Source: Paraphysomonas bandaiensis
Lineage: Eukaryota > Protista > Chrysophyceae
Reading direction: 5' to 3'
Length of the DNA stretch: 64,000 bases
Assembly: GCA_965644295.1 (NCBI GenBank)
Contig: CBFFRP010000012.1
Coordinates: 1 to 64,000, forward strand
Shown: positions 24,005-37,252 of the stretch, piece by piece
How positions within the stretch are numbered: the first letter of the stretch is position 1
Layout: each line of letters begins with the position of its first letter
Program-made: the position numbers and the translations under genes
The notes under the pieces: model-generated
What the model was told of the DNA's origin: nothing
What the model saw: the letters and a program-made list of their open reading frames with translations, nothing else
Databases searched by the model: none

Positions 24005-24979
24005 CAGGCCTGCGTATCTATTAATTGCAATTAGTTGTCAATTATTGAAATTGCAATAATTGAAATTGGGCCATTATAATTGACTCCAGCTTGCTTCAAT
24101 TAATTGATAAAAAACTACCACCTTTTTTTACTGAAAAATTGCTAAAAACGGAATTCTTATTGCAAAAATTCAATATTTACGATAAAAATCGAAGGACTAA
24201 AATATATGTCCATACGATTAACTCATATAATAATTCATGTAATTAATTAGCGATAAATTGGTACCAGAGGTCATTGTACGAGTGTTGCTTGAGAAAATAA
24301 ATGATAATAACGAAGAGGTTGCAATAGACTTTTGGCAATGCCGGAAGAAGTGTCCTGTAGGAAAAGGGGCTCCACGTTTGATTGGCCGCTACTTGCTTCT
24401 GTCTAATGATTTGCAATCATGCGAGTTTGGTTCCGGCGTGTTAAGTTTAATATCACGTGAAAAGGAGCATGCCAAGCTCGTGCAACACGGGGGGAATTGG
24501 AATACTTTCAACCAGTGTCCATATATATAGTTACAGAAGGAAGGTAAACACCAGCTTGACCTTCACGACGTTAGCATATTGTTTTACAAACTCATCATAA
24601 AGCACTCAGAATGATAACGCAGCGCAACGTTTGATTGATGGTAGAAAAAAGCGGAACCAGCAAACTCGTTACCGCAGCATGAAGCACTTGCATGCCACAA
24701 CCAATAAGGTTGAAAAGTTGTTCAGTAGAGCTAGAATTGATACGACGGATTTGTGCAAGAGTATGGCTCCTCGACAACATGTAGAGCTACTTATGTTTTA
24801 CGAATAAACCGTCGCCTCTGGAATGAAATGTTGATAATTGAGGTGGCTATATTGGCAGCTAACGTAGTTTAGTACTAAATAATTGCAATAATTGAAATTG
24901 AGACAGCAAGTGATAATTTCAATTATAATTGACTATAACCTGCGTCAGTTAATTGACAATTAATTGATACGCAGCCCTG
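24005..24979 (+). mobile_element. Internally deleted hAT transposon with transposase remnant
   Basis: TIRs caggcctgcgtatctattaattg / caattaattgatacgcagccctg. Near-perfect 8-bp TSD ctttgagt/ctttaagt, allowing for an extra CA at the left end. Residual RYRSMKHLHATTNKVEKLFSRARI...MAPRQHVELLMF. Confidence 0.8.
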
Positions 24980-26340
24980 CTTTAAGTATGTATGTTTCAA
25001 ACACGATTACTTAATTCTTAGACACTTCTCCGAGAGCAAAGAACACCATTTTACATAGTGTAACTTCACTACCTTCATCTCAAGTTACCATGTCACGTAC
25101 CCAGCTGCATTATCCTGTGTCTTTAGTGCTTCAGTTGATATACAGTGTTATGACAGCCTATTGCTTCAATCATGTGAAGCAGAAATTCATTACCATAGCC
25201 CCAAAAGCTTTTCTATTCAGTACATGGGGTTTTCTATTTGTAATATGTGACGAGCAGAAGAATAATAAAATTACATCGCTTGCGCTTATCTACTAAAGCT
25301 ATAAGTTCGGTGGTATAATTAACAGGGCACTTGAATTTCAAAGCTTCCAAAGCATGCATGAAAATGATCACCTCTACTCCGGCTTTCTTCTCTCGTTACG
25401 GTAGATATGTGATCCCATACTTTCTCGTATGCTACGGGGGTTGTTATACGATGGTTCGATATAACATAAAATTATATCAGGACACTTTCCATAATTCTGG
25501 GCACAGATATAATACAGATGTCATCCAGGATTCATCATAAATTAAACTCCATGCGAATCGTTTCTATTCTCGAAGAAGCGTCATTGTAACCGACTGCATT
25601 CATATAGTGACAAATAGTGGTGTTCTGGGCTCATTCGTAGGTAGGAAGTACATGGAAAGGTGTTGACAAAAGTGTGAATAGAGTTCACGTAGTGTGTGAA
25701 GTTTTTTTATTTCTAAATACAGTATATACACAGGAGATTATTGTGTGTAAGTTTGCACTCAGGATATTTTAAAGTTAGAGATTGTTTACTTGAATATCTC
25801 TCTCCAGACACATCCAATAGCTTCGTAGAAGGCAGAGCTGTCGCTCGGCCAAAAAATGTAGAACAGCTGCACATAGGGATAACTTTTGAAGCTACCCCAT
25901 TTCCATAATATCGGATATCCCGAACGAAAAAAGATCGATTTTTTGGCTGGATCGAAAAATCTGAATACAAAATGATGGACAGATTGACTACTATACATAC
26001 ACTGTGCAATCTCCAACAACAACTTAAGTTCAATTCAGTGCATACATTCTAGCATTGATTCTTCCTTATTTTCTATAGGAATTAAGTAGTCAGTGGAGGA
26101 CGCGATACCATTATCTCGAATCTATCGTCTTAAAGTTGAACATACCGCTAACGAATATGCAGTGTAGGAAAAAGATGATATATTATTGACCTGCTCATAA
26201 TCTTGTGTTGCGGCAGGCAGTGTAACCGAATGTTTTATATTCTCCTGCATATGATTGTTTGCAGTTGAGTAGGAGTGGAGTCGTTATTAGTTTTGTGGTC
26301 AGTCATCTCACCGAACGTCTTGCCTTGTGATTTCGAAACA

Positions 26341-27063
26341 ATGGCGTGGTTATATGTAGATTATATAATGCACATGCAGCGATGTTCGGATAGTACCAGT
26401 ATTGCTTTTAAGAAATCCCAGGATATATCACAATACCTCTCCTTTTGTTCCCCAGGTATATCTTTTTAGTATACATATCATTAAATAAAATATATTTCAG
26501 ACGTTGCTATTATAACTGTCACTGTGGTATCTGCTCGTGAACTTTCTCCGTGTGCTTCTCCAATTGGGGAGCTGCGCACATTGCGCGGCCTTGCGGACCC
26601 TATTGTTCAACTGTCTGTAGAAAACATGCATCCCGATAACCCGGTGGGTGAGCAACTCCAGCGCACTTCTGTAGTACTGACAACCTTAAATCCGTCTTGG
26701 AAGCCGCCGGAACGATTTCAGTTTATACTACAGGACGCCTCAACGGAAAACATTCTTTTAAATGTGTAAGTTTTTAGCGAGATTGTATTTTTTATAATTG
26801 ACAGATAAATTATCTGTAGCATATCTCAAGCAGGGACCCAGTGCACGCAACTTGGATCTGCCGTGCTGACCAGTGTGAATATTTCGGAAGATACGCAGAC
26901 GATAGCTGTTCCACTTGTTACTGTTGACAGTGAAGAATCAGGGGAGGTATGTTAATTGTATGTGGAGACCGATTCTATATAAGTGTGCAATTAGATCGTT
27001 GTATCAACATCACGAATGTCACTTGAGGCTGCAAAGATTAGGACATGTTATGATTGCTTATAA
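26341..27063 (+). CDS. C2 domain-containing protein (about 4 exons; start uncertain)
   Basis: ITVTVVSARELSP...ADPIVQLSV...QRTSVVLTTLNPSW...FQF...LGSAVL. Exons ~26341-26455, 26501-26765, 26820-26946, 26995-27063. Confidence 0.65.
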
Positions 27064-27586
27064 ATCTTATGAAAGACGATCAGCGTGAGCAATAAGTATA
27101 CATCATTGACGGACATTGTGATAAAGAACACCTATATCCATTTACAGTTGCCACATGTAGTAGTGATATGTATATGTTATGAGATACTGATATGAAATTG
27201 CTATTATAAATAATATCATAGTTGCTACATTGATTTAACTCCCCGACAACCTAATCACAATTGAATAAGATCCCTTATTGTCAATGTATATGGGGTTATG
27301 CGCGCAACTATACAATGCATATTCCAATATGGAGATAACCTGTGGTTAACTATTTTGATAGTTACTGTTTTCGACTCAGCACTATATATTTCTAAATGAC
27401 AATATACTATGTGCTATGTGTAAATACATGTTTTCGCCAAAGCGGCCGGGTATTCTGGCAGTAGTCCTGGTTAGTAATTTTCCTACTAAATAGTGGTGAG
27501 TGTCCTTTAACTGTGATAGTGATAGCCTACCAAGCTCGAAAATCATTTGTATTTACATACATGTTGATCATAACCACAGTTTACAT

Positions 27587-27860
27587 GTCGGACCCACACC
27601 TTCTCGTGGTGTTCTGGGGGATAAGTACCGGAGATATTTCTCCGGGAAACTAACATGAGCCGCATATCTAGTCAACATAAATCGTTCTGCCCACTCATAG
27701 CCAAATGATTGTGCGGTACAAGGGAAACTAGTTAGTGTCACTTGTGTAGACGTCTTTGGGTCTTGACAATTAAACAGGTATCTGGCCTGCTGATGTTAAT
27801 CATCCGGGCTGTTCACCTGAAGGACTCAAAAATCCTGAAGTCAGCAGATGTCAGGTATAT
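27587..27860 (+). mobile_element. 5' module of the ribozyme-retroposon family, lacking the first ~12 nt
   Basis: gtcggacccacaccttctcgtggtgttctgggggataagtaccggagatatttctccgggaaactaacatgagccg, followed by the shared body. Confidence 0.8.
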
Positions 27861-28477
27861 ATCGAAAGACAAAAGTTGTTTTATAGTTTAGATAGGCATG
27901 AAACGAAGAGGAAAGACGCCATGAATGTCGAGCATTTACTAAGCGTGTGTTGTGTAAATTACTGAAAAAAATACGGAATAATCTTGATGGTATGTGAATT
28001 ACCAATGAAAAACAGTGTAGGTAAAGTACTAGCAACATCCAGCTTTGAAGGTGCAATACCAAAAATATTAGCTCTAGTATGGTAACTACATAACTACCAA
28101 AATTTAGTAGGTAAAATATTTAAACTCAATATAGAACTACTTTATAATTGCGATTTACTTACTAGCTTACTAGTGAAGGGATTATTGATCAGCATTTATC
28201 AGATGCATATGTAATTAGAGTAAAAGTATGGGTAGCATATTAAAGACGAGTATCACTGATCTTTATTAGAATATGGATCTTATTCTAGTATATTCAGTAT
28301 GTCACTTGAAGACAATGTACGAGAATACAGTGAAATATAGTGATGTACAAATGCTGTGATGATGTGGAGAAACTGAAATAGTTAGATCTTTCAAGATATG
28401 TTTAGTAACGCTTAATACAAAACCCTGAGCCCCCTCCCAACCCAGTGGAGTTTCATCCACCCAGTGGAGTTTCATCC

Positions 28478-28745
28478 CAAGGGGAGACCTCCAGATCACA
28501 CGCGCCGGTGAGTCCCAGGACACACGATTATGGAGGGCCTTATAACACACACAAAGAACGGAAGTGGTTGAACCTTGGTGCTTGCGGCGACGCACAAGCA
28601 GCTTCTGTAGAGTTAAATAGTAGGATAAAAGAGTTTGTATTGATTAGTTACGGGTAGAGGTCTAAATAGTATGTCTGGCATTCAACTCTAGCCACTAATT
28701 TGTGCAGGTTTTCAACGCCTATTGCTAAATAATAAGACATTCAAT
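28478..28745 (+). mobile_element. 5'-truncated 3' end of the ribozyme-retroposon family
   Basis: Colinear with 12219-12430/12657-12723; ends aataagacattcaat. Confidence 0.75.
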
Positions 28746-29082
28746 ATAGTAACGAGAGGTTCACATGTAGGAGATTATGCGTGGAACAAAATGAGTTTGT
28801 GTTGTTTATCACAACTTCGTGTAAACGATATTATTATAATCTATCTAGTCTAACGACAAATTCTCTCTGAAATCTAGTTAAGAAAGAGCAATTTTCAACA
28901 ATCTTCAAGTATAAGACATTCGCTTGAAACCTAGTATTCGTAGCTTTCAGACTGCGGTGAATACCAAGACGTGATACAGAGAGGGATTGCAGAAGCGAAA
29001 GATACATGGAGAGTGGAATTTCAAATTACATTATTTTTCAATTTTCGATTCCAGAACAACGTAGTAACTCGAAGAACACAAT

Positions 29083-30463
29083 TTACTTTCGAGCAGAAAT
29101 GCAATTCTTGCAGCATTTATTAATTTTCTTCTTTAATTGGCTTGAGCTAAAGCTTCCCCTCTCCAGGTATTCCTTGCATTCACTACATAATATTCGCTTC
29201 TTCGATGGCGATCGCACACTGCTACTGATTTCATTCGTATCTTGTCGTGGTGGCGCTGATGAGATAGATTCCACGGTAGTCTGAGAGGGTGTATCCTCAC
29301 TTGTCTTCGCAGTAGATTGACTGCTCTCAGTCGAAGATGGCTTGACAACACTCTGCAGACAAGGTGACGGACAAGATTCAATTACCTTTGCTTGTTCTCT
29401 TTCTGCTGGTTCATTATAGCATGCCTGGATTGATGCCGCGCCACTATCATTCTCTCGACAATTTGAACCTAATTCTGCTTCGGAATCAACAGGGACAACA
29501 TCGCTCGTTCGGTTGGCAGCATCACTATCTGTCTCTTGATTAGAATTTGACTGTGTTGCGGAAACAACAGGGGCAACGTCGCTCGTTCGGTTGGTAGCAT
29601 CATTATCTGTCTCTTGATTAGAATTTGACTGGGCTGCGGAATCAACAGGGGCAACAACGCTCGTTCGATTGGCAGCATCACTATCTGTCTCTTGATTAGA
29701 ATTTGATTGTGCTGCGGAATCAACAGGGGCAACAACGCTAGCTAGGTTGGCAGCATCACCATCACTCACTTTATGTAAGACTGATCCTACTCCAGAATGA
29801 ATGGTTTCAACAGGTACAACATCGCTTATCTGACTTGCGGTTGCACTGTCAAAATCTTGGTGAATAGTATCTGATACCTGCGCGACGGCAGCTTTATCGT
29901 CACCAGATTCAAATACAGAGGCACTTTCTACATAGTGCTCCCCATCAAAGCCGGAATTCTCAGGAACTATATCAGCACTATTAGAAACATGTGCTGTCGC
30001 TGCTTCTATATTATCAACAGGACTAGAAGACGGGCCGCACCTCTCAGCAGGCGCATTCGCCGGTTCAGAATCCACGCTACCATCAGCAGGTGTATTTTGC
30101 ATACCTTTAACTTGAGATTCTGTAGATGATACAACATACCCACTATCAGGCACAGGGTCATGCTTCGTTATGCTAGGCGGGTTGGAGTCGATAGCTTTCT
30201 CTGCTTGAGTAGCCTCAGACAGCTGCGCACACTCAGCAGTGGCCAAGTTTCCACTGTCTTCATCTTCCACACATCGCACACATGCATCGAGGCCCAGCTG
30301 GGACCCCATAACCACTTCGCTATTACAATATAACTGAATCGGCTGTGTTGAACTACCCTTTGAGTTTCCTCGATAGTGTGGTGGGGGTGAAATTTTGTCT
30401 GAGCGAATTCCAGAATTCATGCTTTCCACAGCTGCATATGGAGTTGCAACAGCAAAAATACAC
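29083..30463 (-). CDS. Low-complexity acidic protein with 26-aa tandem repeats and a C-terminal Stc1-like zinc domain; probably the last exon of a longer gene
   Basis: CSECKEYLERGSFSSSQLKKKINKCCKNC fits CxxC...FSxxQL...CxxC. Splice acceptor tcgtag near 30464. Confidence 0.65.
29480..29762 (-). repeat. Coding tandem repeat, 78-bp unit, ~3.6 copies
   Basis: DSDAANRTSVVAPVDSAAQSNSNQET repeated. Confidence 0.9.
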
Positions 30464-32071
30464 CTACGACAATAGTTGTAATTTTGTCCTATAATACTTT
30501 TTTACAGCTTACTTTATTTTCTCCTACCAGACAAGTCCAGAAAAACGAGAAAAGTTCTCACTCATCATCACCACTCACTATTCCCCACACCCTCAGATTA
30601 AAGGATGGCGGCAATTTATTTTTTTCTCCCTTTTTTACTATTTTTACTATTTTTACCCTAAAAATACAGCATTCTATTGAGAAAAGGGTAGATGTAAAAA
30701 AGGTAATTTATTGCATACGGTTTACCCCAATAATGGAGCTCTATCTGTGGAAGAGATAAAAGACGTGATAGACACATTAAAAGATAGCAACAAATACAAG
30801 ACAATATCGACATAAGACAGCAATGTCACAACCCTTTAAAGCAAAGATAAGACGAGGTTTATTCGTGGCATCATTAAGTGGGTCATTCCAGTCGTTATTA
30901 AGCATCTTATTGAGCAAGCAGGCGATCTGGTAAGTATGAAGAAGAAGAGCAGTAGAAGGCCAAAAGTTGACTTAAATATACGGAGTCTATATATATTTAT
31001 ACTCATAGAGCGTATAACTTTTATCTTTTCTATAGTGAGAGTATGAAAATATGTACAGAGTTGAAACACATTGACACACGCTCACACGTCACACCCTTAA
31101 TATGCATATCACCAGTATTCATCACAGTGAGCCCTTGAGCCGAGTGCACCTTCATAGACATCGTAAAAACATATAAATCATAAGTATATATACTGTGACA
31201 GCAGGTAACCCAAGAAATAATAATAAGCTTGTAATTTATTATTGCAATACAGATATATATTATGTATACTCCAGGTGTTAGAACATGACAAGTACATTGT
31301 ATACTATATGCACGCTGTATATTTAGCTATATTTTGACATTTATACGCATGTTTATATGTATGGAGACTCTTATTTTACTAATTATACCCCTATCGCAAG
31401 CACTTACATGCACCACCCCAGCAGCTCCCAGAGGGCACCCAAGGCATCTGGTACACTCTATACTATCTATGTCTATAATGTTTTTATAGCCTTGAAATTT
31501 CATCAATATGTGTTTTTATAACATGTTAATATACTCTATTTCTAGCTATACCTCAGAATCCCTTCAGCGTCTTTCAACTACTTCTCCCAGTGCCCTGATA
31601 AACTTGTATTACAATTCATTATTTCCCCGATATGGAATTGGTTATAGTCAAATATGTTTGCACGACACATTACATACTATATACACACTATAAATCTATA
31701 GATATTAAAGCTACCGGAAACAGCCCTTCAACACCCCCAAGCGATGATTCAAACATTCACTTAATTACCGAAATAATAATGATAGGAAAGATTGGCTAAC
31801 TAAAATTATATATATTCAAACTAATCTAAGCAAATTCATGTACAAGTTTGTGTCAAATTTAATTCTTTTGCCAGCTGCACATTCCATGATGCTTTCGACA
31901 GCCTTTATCAACAGCCTTCATTAAGGTGTTTATACAGTCTATATCATTATATGTAGTACTCGCGCCACCTGTGATATAAATTAAACAAAACCTCAAAGGT
32001 TATGCTAATAAATAAAATGTATATGCTATATATATGCATATGTGTGGTGATTCTACCGTCAGCTTCACTGG

Positions 32072-32581
32072 TCATTGCATTACCAGATCCCGCACTCGGG
32101 CTAACATAGGAGGGTGCTGGAGTTCGGACACCCCCTGGCTGGAAACAAAACCCAAACTTGTATCATCTTCGGTCTTGCTAAAGGATAGCAAATTGGCATA
32201 TTTTTGCAAAGAATCTTTATTATTGTCGGTTGTTCCAGCAAAACAGTGTAACCCTCGATCAAATGGAATGAATTCGGCAGCAACAACTTGTCGGCAGGGC
32301 CGCATTTCACTGCATGTTATGTCTCTATAATACTCTGCAACATGCAAAATTTGACCCATTTCTCTACACTTTTTCTTAATATATGTTCTCTTGTTTTCAC
32401 TGGATCTTTGACTTCCCAAAGTGACGCCCAGAGCTGCCGCAAGGAAACTGAATAAGTCCGCACAGTGGCAGAACCAGACACCCTTGTGGTTAACGTAGTG
32501 GAGTATGAAGCCACCCAATGAGAGGTAGGGCATATTAGACTGCCTAATATCGATACTTAAACAGTTCTTAGGTGTTGTCAT
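32072..32581 (-). CDS. Hypothetical protein, probable first exon; faint Bro-N-like N-terminus
   Basis: 169-aa ATG-initiated ORF head-to-head with the IQ gene; LHYVNHKGVWFCHCADLFSFL. Downstream splicing not resolved. Confidence 0.4.
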   Translation of the reverse strand: MTTPKNCLSIDIRQSNMPYLSLGGFILHYVNHKGVWFCHCADLFSFLAAALGVTLGSQRSSENKRTYIKKKCREMGQILHVAEYYRDITCSEMRPCRQVVAAEFIPFDRGLHCFAGTTDNNKDSLQKYANLLSFSKTEDDTSLGFVSSQGVSELQHPPMLARVRDLVMQ

Positions 32582-33198
32582 CGCGCCTTATGGCGGCCAC
32601 TGGAACATATTTGTTATTTCATGACGTTCGCTTATTCACTGGGAATACTGACCTGATTACACACGGTAGATATTGTCAGTAAGGCACATAGTAGTAATAA
32701 GAGTCCTCTACAAGAATATATATATATATAAGTACTTTTACGCAGCCATACGCTCGATACGGTCGTTAAGAGGGACGTACATTAACGCTGAATCACGTAC
32801 ATAAACGCTGAATTCTGCACACCAGAATATCTCCACTTCAACCCCCTCCTACACACACTCCCATACAAAAAAACAGAATTCATTTTTCTGGACTTGTGTG
32901 GTAGGATTTTCAGGTACGAAATTGTACCGTATGCCTTTGTTGTCGGGTCCTTATACATACGTATACCATTTTCTGTATACGTGTACAATGTATGGAAAAC
33001 GGTTAGGGTTACTGAGTGGAAGTGCTGTCAATTAAAGTACATATGGACAGCTGATTTCGTATGTAGTGAGCTGCGACGAGTAGTATGCGATGCTGCCAAC
33101 GTTATTAGTGGAAAGTTCTCTTATTCTCTGACCCACACAATGCTACACGATTATTTTAGAGGGTATTAATGCTGTATCCATAACTGGATTTGTTTGCC

Positions 33199-35482
33199 AT
33201 GAAATGCGCATACTCACAGTGCACGAGACCCTTACAAGAGCTTCTAGATAAATACTGTTGTCAGTGTTGCTGTAAATGTTGGGGCAGACTTTTCGGTGAG
33301 AAGAAAATTTCCCCTGAGGAGAGGAGAGAGGAAGAAACAACAAAGAAGGCGACGAAGCCGGTAAAGCAAGTTTCAGATTCGGTATATGTGAAACAATTTG
33401 TTCGTGAATGGGAGAGAGATAAGTTTTGGCCGAACCTTTGGGGAAATCTTACTAATGAAAAGGTCAAATATAGAGCGGCAACCCAAGTGCAGCGTATGAT
33501 TCGTGGGCACTTGGATAGAAAAGTATATGACAAACTGCTCACGGCAGCGCTTGCGGAAATGAATTCATTTTGGAATGATAAGCGTGCAAATAAGTTACTT
33601 GCCAAAGAGTTGAAACGAATTGAAAGAGAAACAAGAGCGAATGTATGTGCAATGCATAAGTATGAGTAACAATGATATCTGTGAGCAGTTTGCAATGAAT
33701 CTCGCACGCAACACCCTGTCGCAATGTGTTTCTCGTAAAGCTCGGCGTGACGCTGCTATGACGATACAGAGGTATCCATATTTCTCCAACAGACGCTATA
33801 ATATTATAATATTTATATGAGAAAAGCTTCTGATATCCTTCTAGTTAAATATTGTATTTTTAATGGTTTCACAGGGCATGGAGAGGAATGGTCGGCAGAA
33901 GCATTGCAAGCTACTTCATGATGCTCGCCTCCCAGCTTCGCCCCAAGAAACAACGCCCTCCTCCAAGTCGATTTAGATCTGACGTCTTACGACGCATATG
34001 GGCTAGAAAATCTTTCGAGCCGGAAGGCGGTTGGCCTGGGAAAATGGACTTTGTGGATTTCGATATGTGGGAGCATGATTATGTCCCTCCAAAAGGCAAT
34101 ACATATGGCTTAAAGACTCATAAGGTGAGTCGTGCGCGCGTAATATGGTCTAACAAGCTGAAAAGGGTATGTTCTATGTGCAGATACGCGGTGCACCGCA
34201 GACGAAAAGGGAAAAGGATTTGTTGTTGAGGGATAAGAATGCATGGGTAGGATTCCCTGTCGACATTATGACTGCAGAAGAGGCCAAGAAGCCCATCCCA
34301 GACAGAATTTTAGAGTTTCGGCATACTTCTCCTTATAGAGTCCCTGTAATTGCTCATGATGACACACTGCACGCCCCGAAGCGTCTGACTGGGCTACAGA
34401 CTTTGTACGCCCTTGGATGGAAGAATCCGCTGCAAGAAGAGAAGAAAAGAAACGAGAAGACATCGAATTTTTCTACTGGAGTATTTAAAGCTAGTCGAAC
34501 GACGTCACCCATTAAAAAAGGAAAATCCAATGACCCGATTTTGGACAACGAGTCAGTTTCAATCCAACCGCGTGCAATAGCGCAGGCACGTGTCAGATCC
34601 GCCGAATTGGCATCCTCTGTTCCCTTGCCGATTACATTGAATGGATCTCTTGCTAGATCCCAAGGAGAATATATTGGTGTGTCACAAGTTGTTGACTCTC
34701 CTACGAAGTCAAACTCTCTGGAAAGTAAAACGTTTCAGGGGCCTGGAAGAGAAGTTGTGTCACCACAACGTGGTGCAGTGAAACCTGTTGTGGGACAACC
34801 AATTGCAATAGGACCACTTACTGAAGAGCTAGCATCTGGAAAGCGATCCATTCAAGCACTAGCCAGAGCAGAGGAGAAGAAATTGCTTCATTTGACTCAA
34901 GATAACCCCACTTATTTACCTGTACATCACCAGGGAATTGCTAGTGGCAACCGATATTTTCGTGATGTATCTACGAATAGTCCGAGACCAGTGGGTGACC
35001 AATTGAAGTCTGCGTCTTCGGCGTGGCAAAAACTTCGTAGCGATGTGTCAACGATTACATATGGCACGAAAACGCGCAGTGATATTAGTAGTCGGCATCC
35101 GATGGGGGAGTTCGGAGTGCATATGCCTCGCGAAGACAGATTAGAGAAACGTACACGACCTTGGCCAGTCAAGCCCAGGAGATACTTCAAACTACAGTAT
35201 TCGTGGTTACCGGAGCACATGGTTCAAGAAGCTGCAGCGGAGATATATACAGACGATGCAGAACTAATTAGACAAAAACAAGTGGAGGAAGAAGCGGCAC
35301 TGCACGCCAAGAAAAAGAAGCTTCCATTCTTGGTGCAGCTTCAAGCATATAATACCGATGATGTATCTACGATATCTACTCTGACTGGATTGCGAGAGTT
35401 TGAACGCAAGACGGCCCTTAGCATACGCGACGAGAGGCTTAGAGCCGAACCTCTCAATCATCCTTATCCCTGGGTGACGTAG
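33199..35482 (+). CDS. IQ calmodulin-binding motif protein, 4 exons
   Basis: AATQVQRMIRGHLDRK, plus AAMTIQRAWRGMVGR rebuilt across the intron at ~33772-33874. GT-AG introns near 33643, 33772 and 34125. Confidence 0.75.
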
Positions 35483-35689
35483 TGTGTCATTTTGTTCCGC
35501 GTTTAACATTAATTCGTTCTTTTTTATTGTGTCAGTGTGTGCAAGTATTCATAATAATTTCATATGTTTCACTCAAAAGTCGACTACGTTTAAACGGAAT
35601 GAAAAAGAAGTAGACTTTCTTCGTGATATGAGAAAGCCAATATAAGTACAGTGCAAAGTTATATACCATGTTCACAGTTAATTATCATA

Positions 35690-36795
35690 TTGAAAATCTG
35701 ATTATTAAGAAGCGCAAGCTTGTGCGTTGCCGCGACCAACCTAACAACTCGCGCGACACTATGCATAACATGACTCTCATCTAGTTACTATTGCATGCAC
35801 CGACAAGTGCTCAACTATACAACACGATTTAGTTAGCTACATGGGCATACGACGAGTTGCGTGTTTAAGCCGGATCATACGCTCCTGCCCAATCTACTTG
35901 TCCTAACACAAACAACTTGCGGTCGGTGTCTTCGGCATATGTCTCCTGTATATGCGGCAGATCTTTAGGGCCCTCTTCAAGGTGGTGTTCACAGCAGCAG
36001 GTAGTCTGGAAGGGAGAATAAAGTAGCTCTATAGCGCCGGGTCCTCCCACGGTCACGAAGCGGTCTCACTGGTGCAATTTTGCACACTGACGCATGAAAC
36101 AGACATCTACCAAAATCTGTTACAAATTCAAGCTGACTCCAATGTCTTCTCTCCATTGTGTGCACTCATCCAGCACATGCATCCACCTTGCACTCTTCTC
36201 CCGAGTGACTTACACTAGTAGGAAACCGTGCACCTTCCCCGCTCGGATGAAAACCTACTAAGCAAGAATAACATAAAAGCACCACATATGTACCTGACAC
36301 TGCTTGGAGAACAGTGCCAGAGCCTTGATATAATCTCAATGACCTGGGTCAGGAGAAACCAAGACTAGGCAGTAGACGTGTGAGAAGACATGACAGGTCT
36401 AATCACATCATTGCCATTGCCATGCATCCATGAGGACAGTTTGACGCATTACCTCGGTCATTGGCCGGCCACACAGATACCGAATAATGTGAACTCATAC
36501 TCAGCATCAATCACTCAAAGCAAACGCAGGGAGCAAGCAGAATGTTGATATACCTGACATCTGCTGACTTCAGGTGTTTTGAGTTCTTAAGGTGAACATC
36601 CCGGATGCTTAACTTCAGCAGGCAGCCCAATACCCCGGTTACCCTTCTGGTGGGCCCTGTCCCGGATGCCCTTGAGGTGGGCCCATTCCCGGATGCCTGT
36701 TTATTCGTCAGGGCCCAAAGACGTCTACACAAGTGACACTTATTAGTGTCCCTTGTACCACACAAGCATTTGGCTATGAGTGGGCAGAACAATAT
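35690..36795 (-). mobile_element. 5'-truncated copy of the ribozyme-retroposon (ribozyme missing) flanked by a 139-bp direct repeat
   Basis: Colinear with the 13697-23264 copy; 35551-35689 equals 36796-36934. Confidence 0.88.
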
Positions 36796-37252
36796 ATAAT
36801 AATTTCATATGTTTCACTCAAAAGTCGACTACGTTTAAACGGAATGAAAAAGAAGTAGACTTTCTTCGTGATATGAGAAAGCCAATATAAGTACAGTGCA
36901 AAGTTATATACCATGTTCACAGTTAATTATCATACTGTGTATAGAAAACTACCTTGGTTTCATTTAAAATTGCTTATATATATGTAAACAATTTAAACAA
37001 GTACCTACCGTGAATTTCTGTTCATTTTGCGTTTTACTGATGATGCAATTTGACCATTATTACATACTTATACTTGGTGCATTTATATGCTATATGATTA
37101 GTAAAGTTATTCTCTTTGCACTGTTGAGTCCATTGTATGATACTATATATATTGTGCAATTGAAGTAAGCTAATAGGTGATCCCAACTCCTAGTTGTGAA
37201 GGGTAAATATGATGGTTACAAAAGAATTAAATTCTGTTGCTGGTGTATGTCT

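Noticed and set aside
25331-25540. Small TM-like ORF
   Set aside because: Short, with no recognisable family or splice support.
35745-36510. Protein remnants in the long retroposon body (HVLDEC, TCGRC, ILHTDA)
   Set aside because: Short matches on conflicting strands with stops; cannot be assigned.
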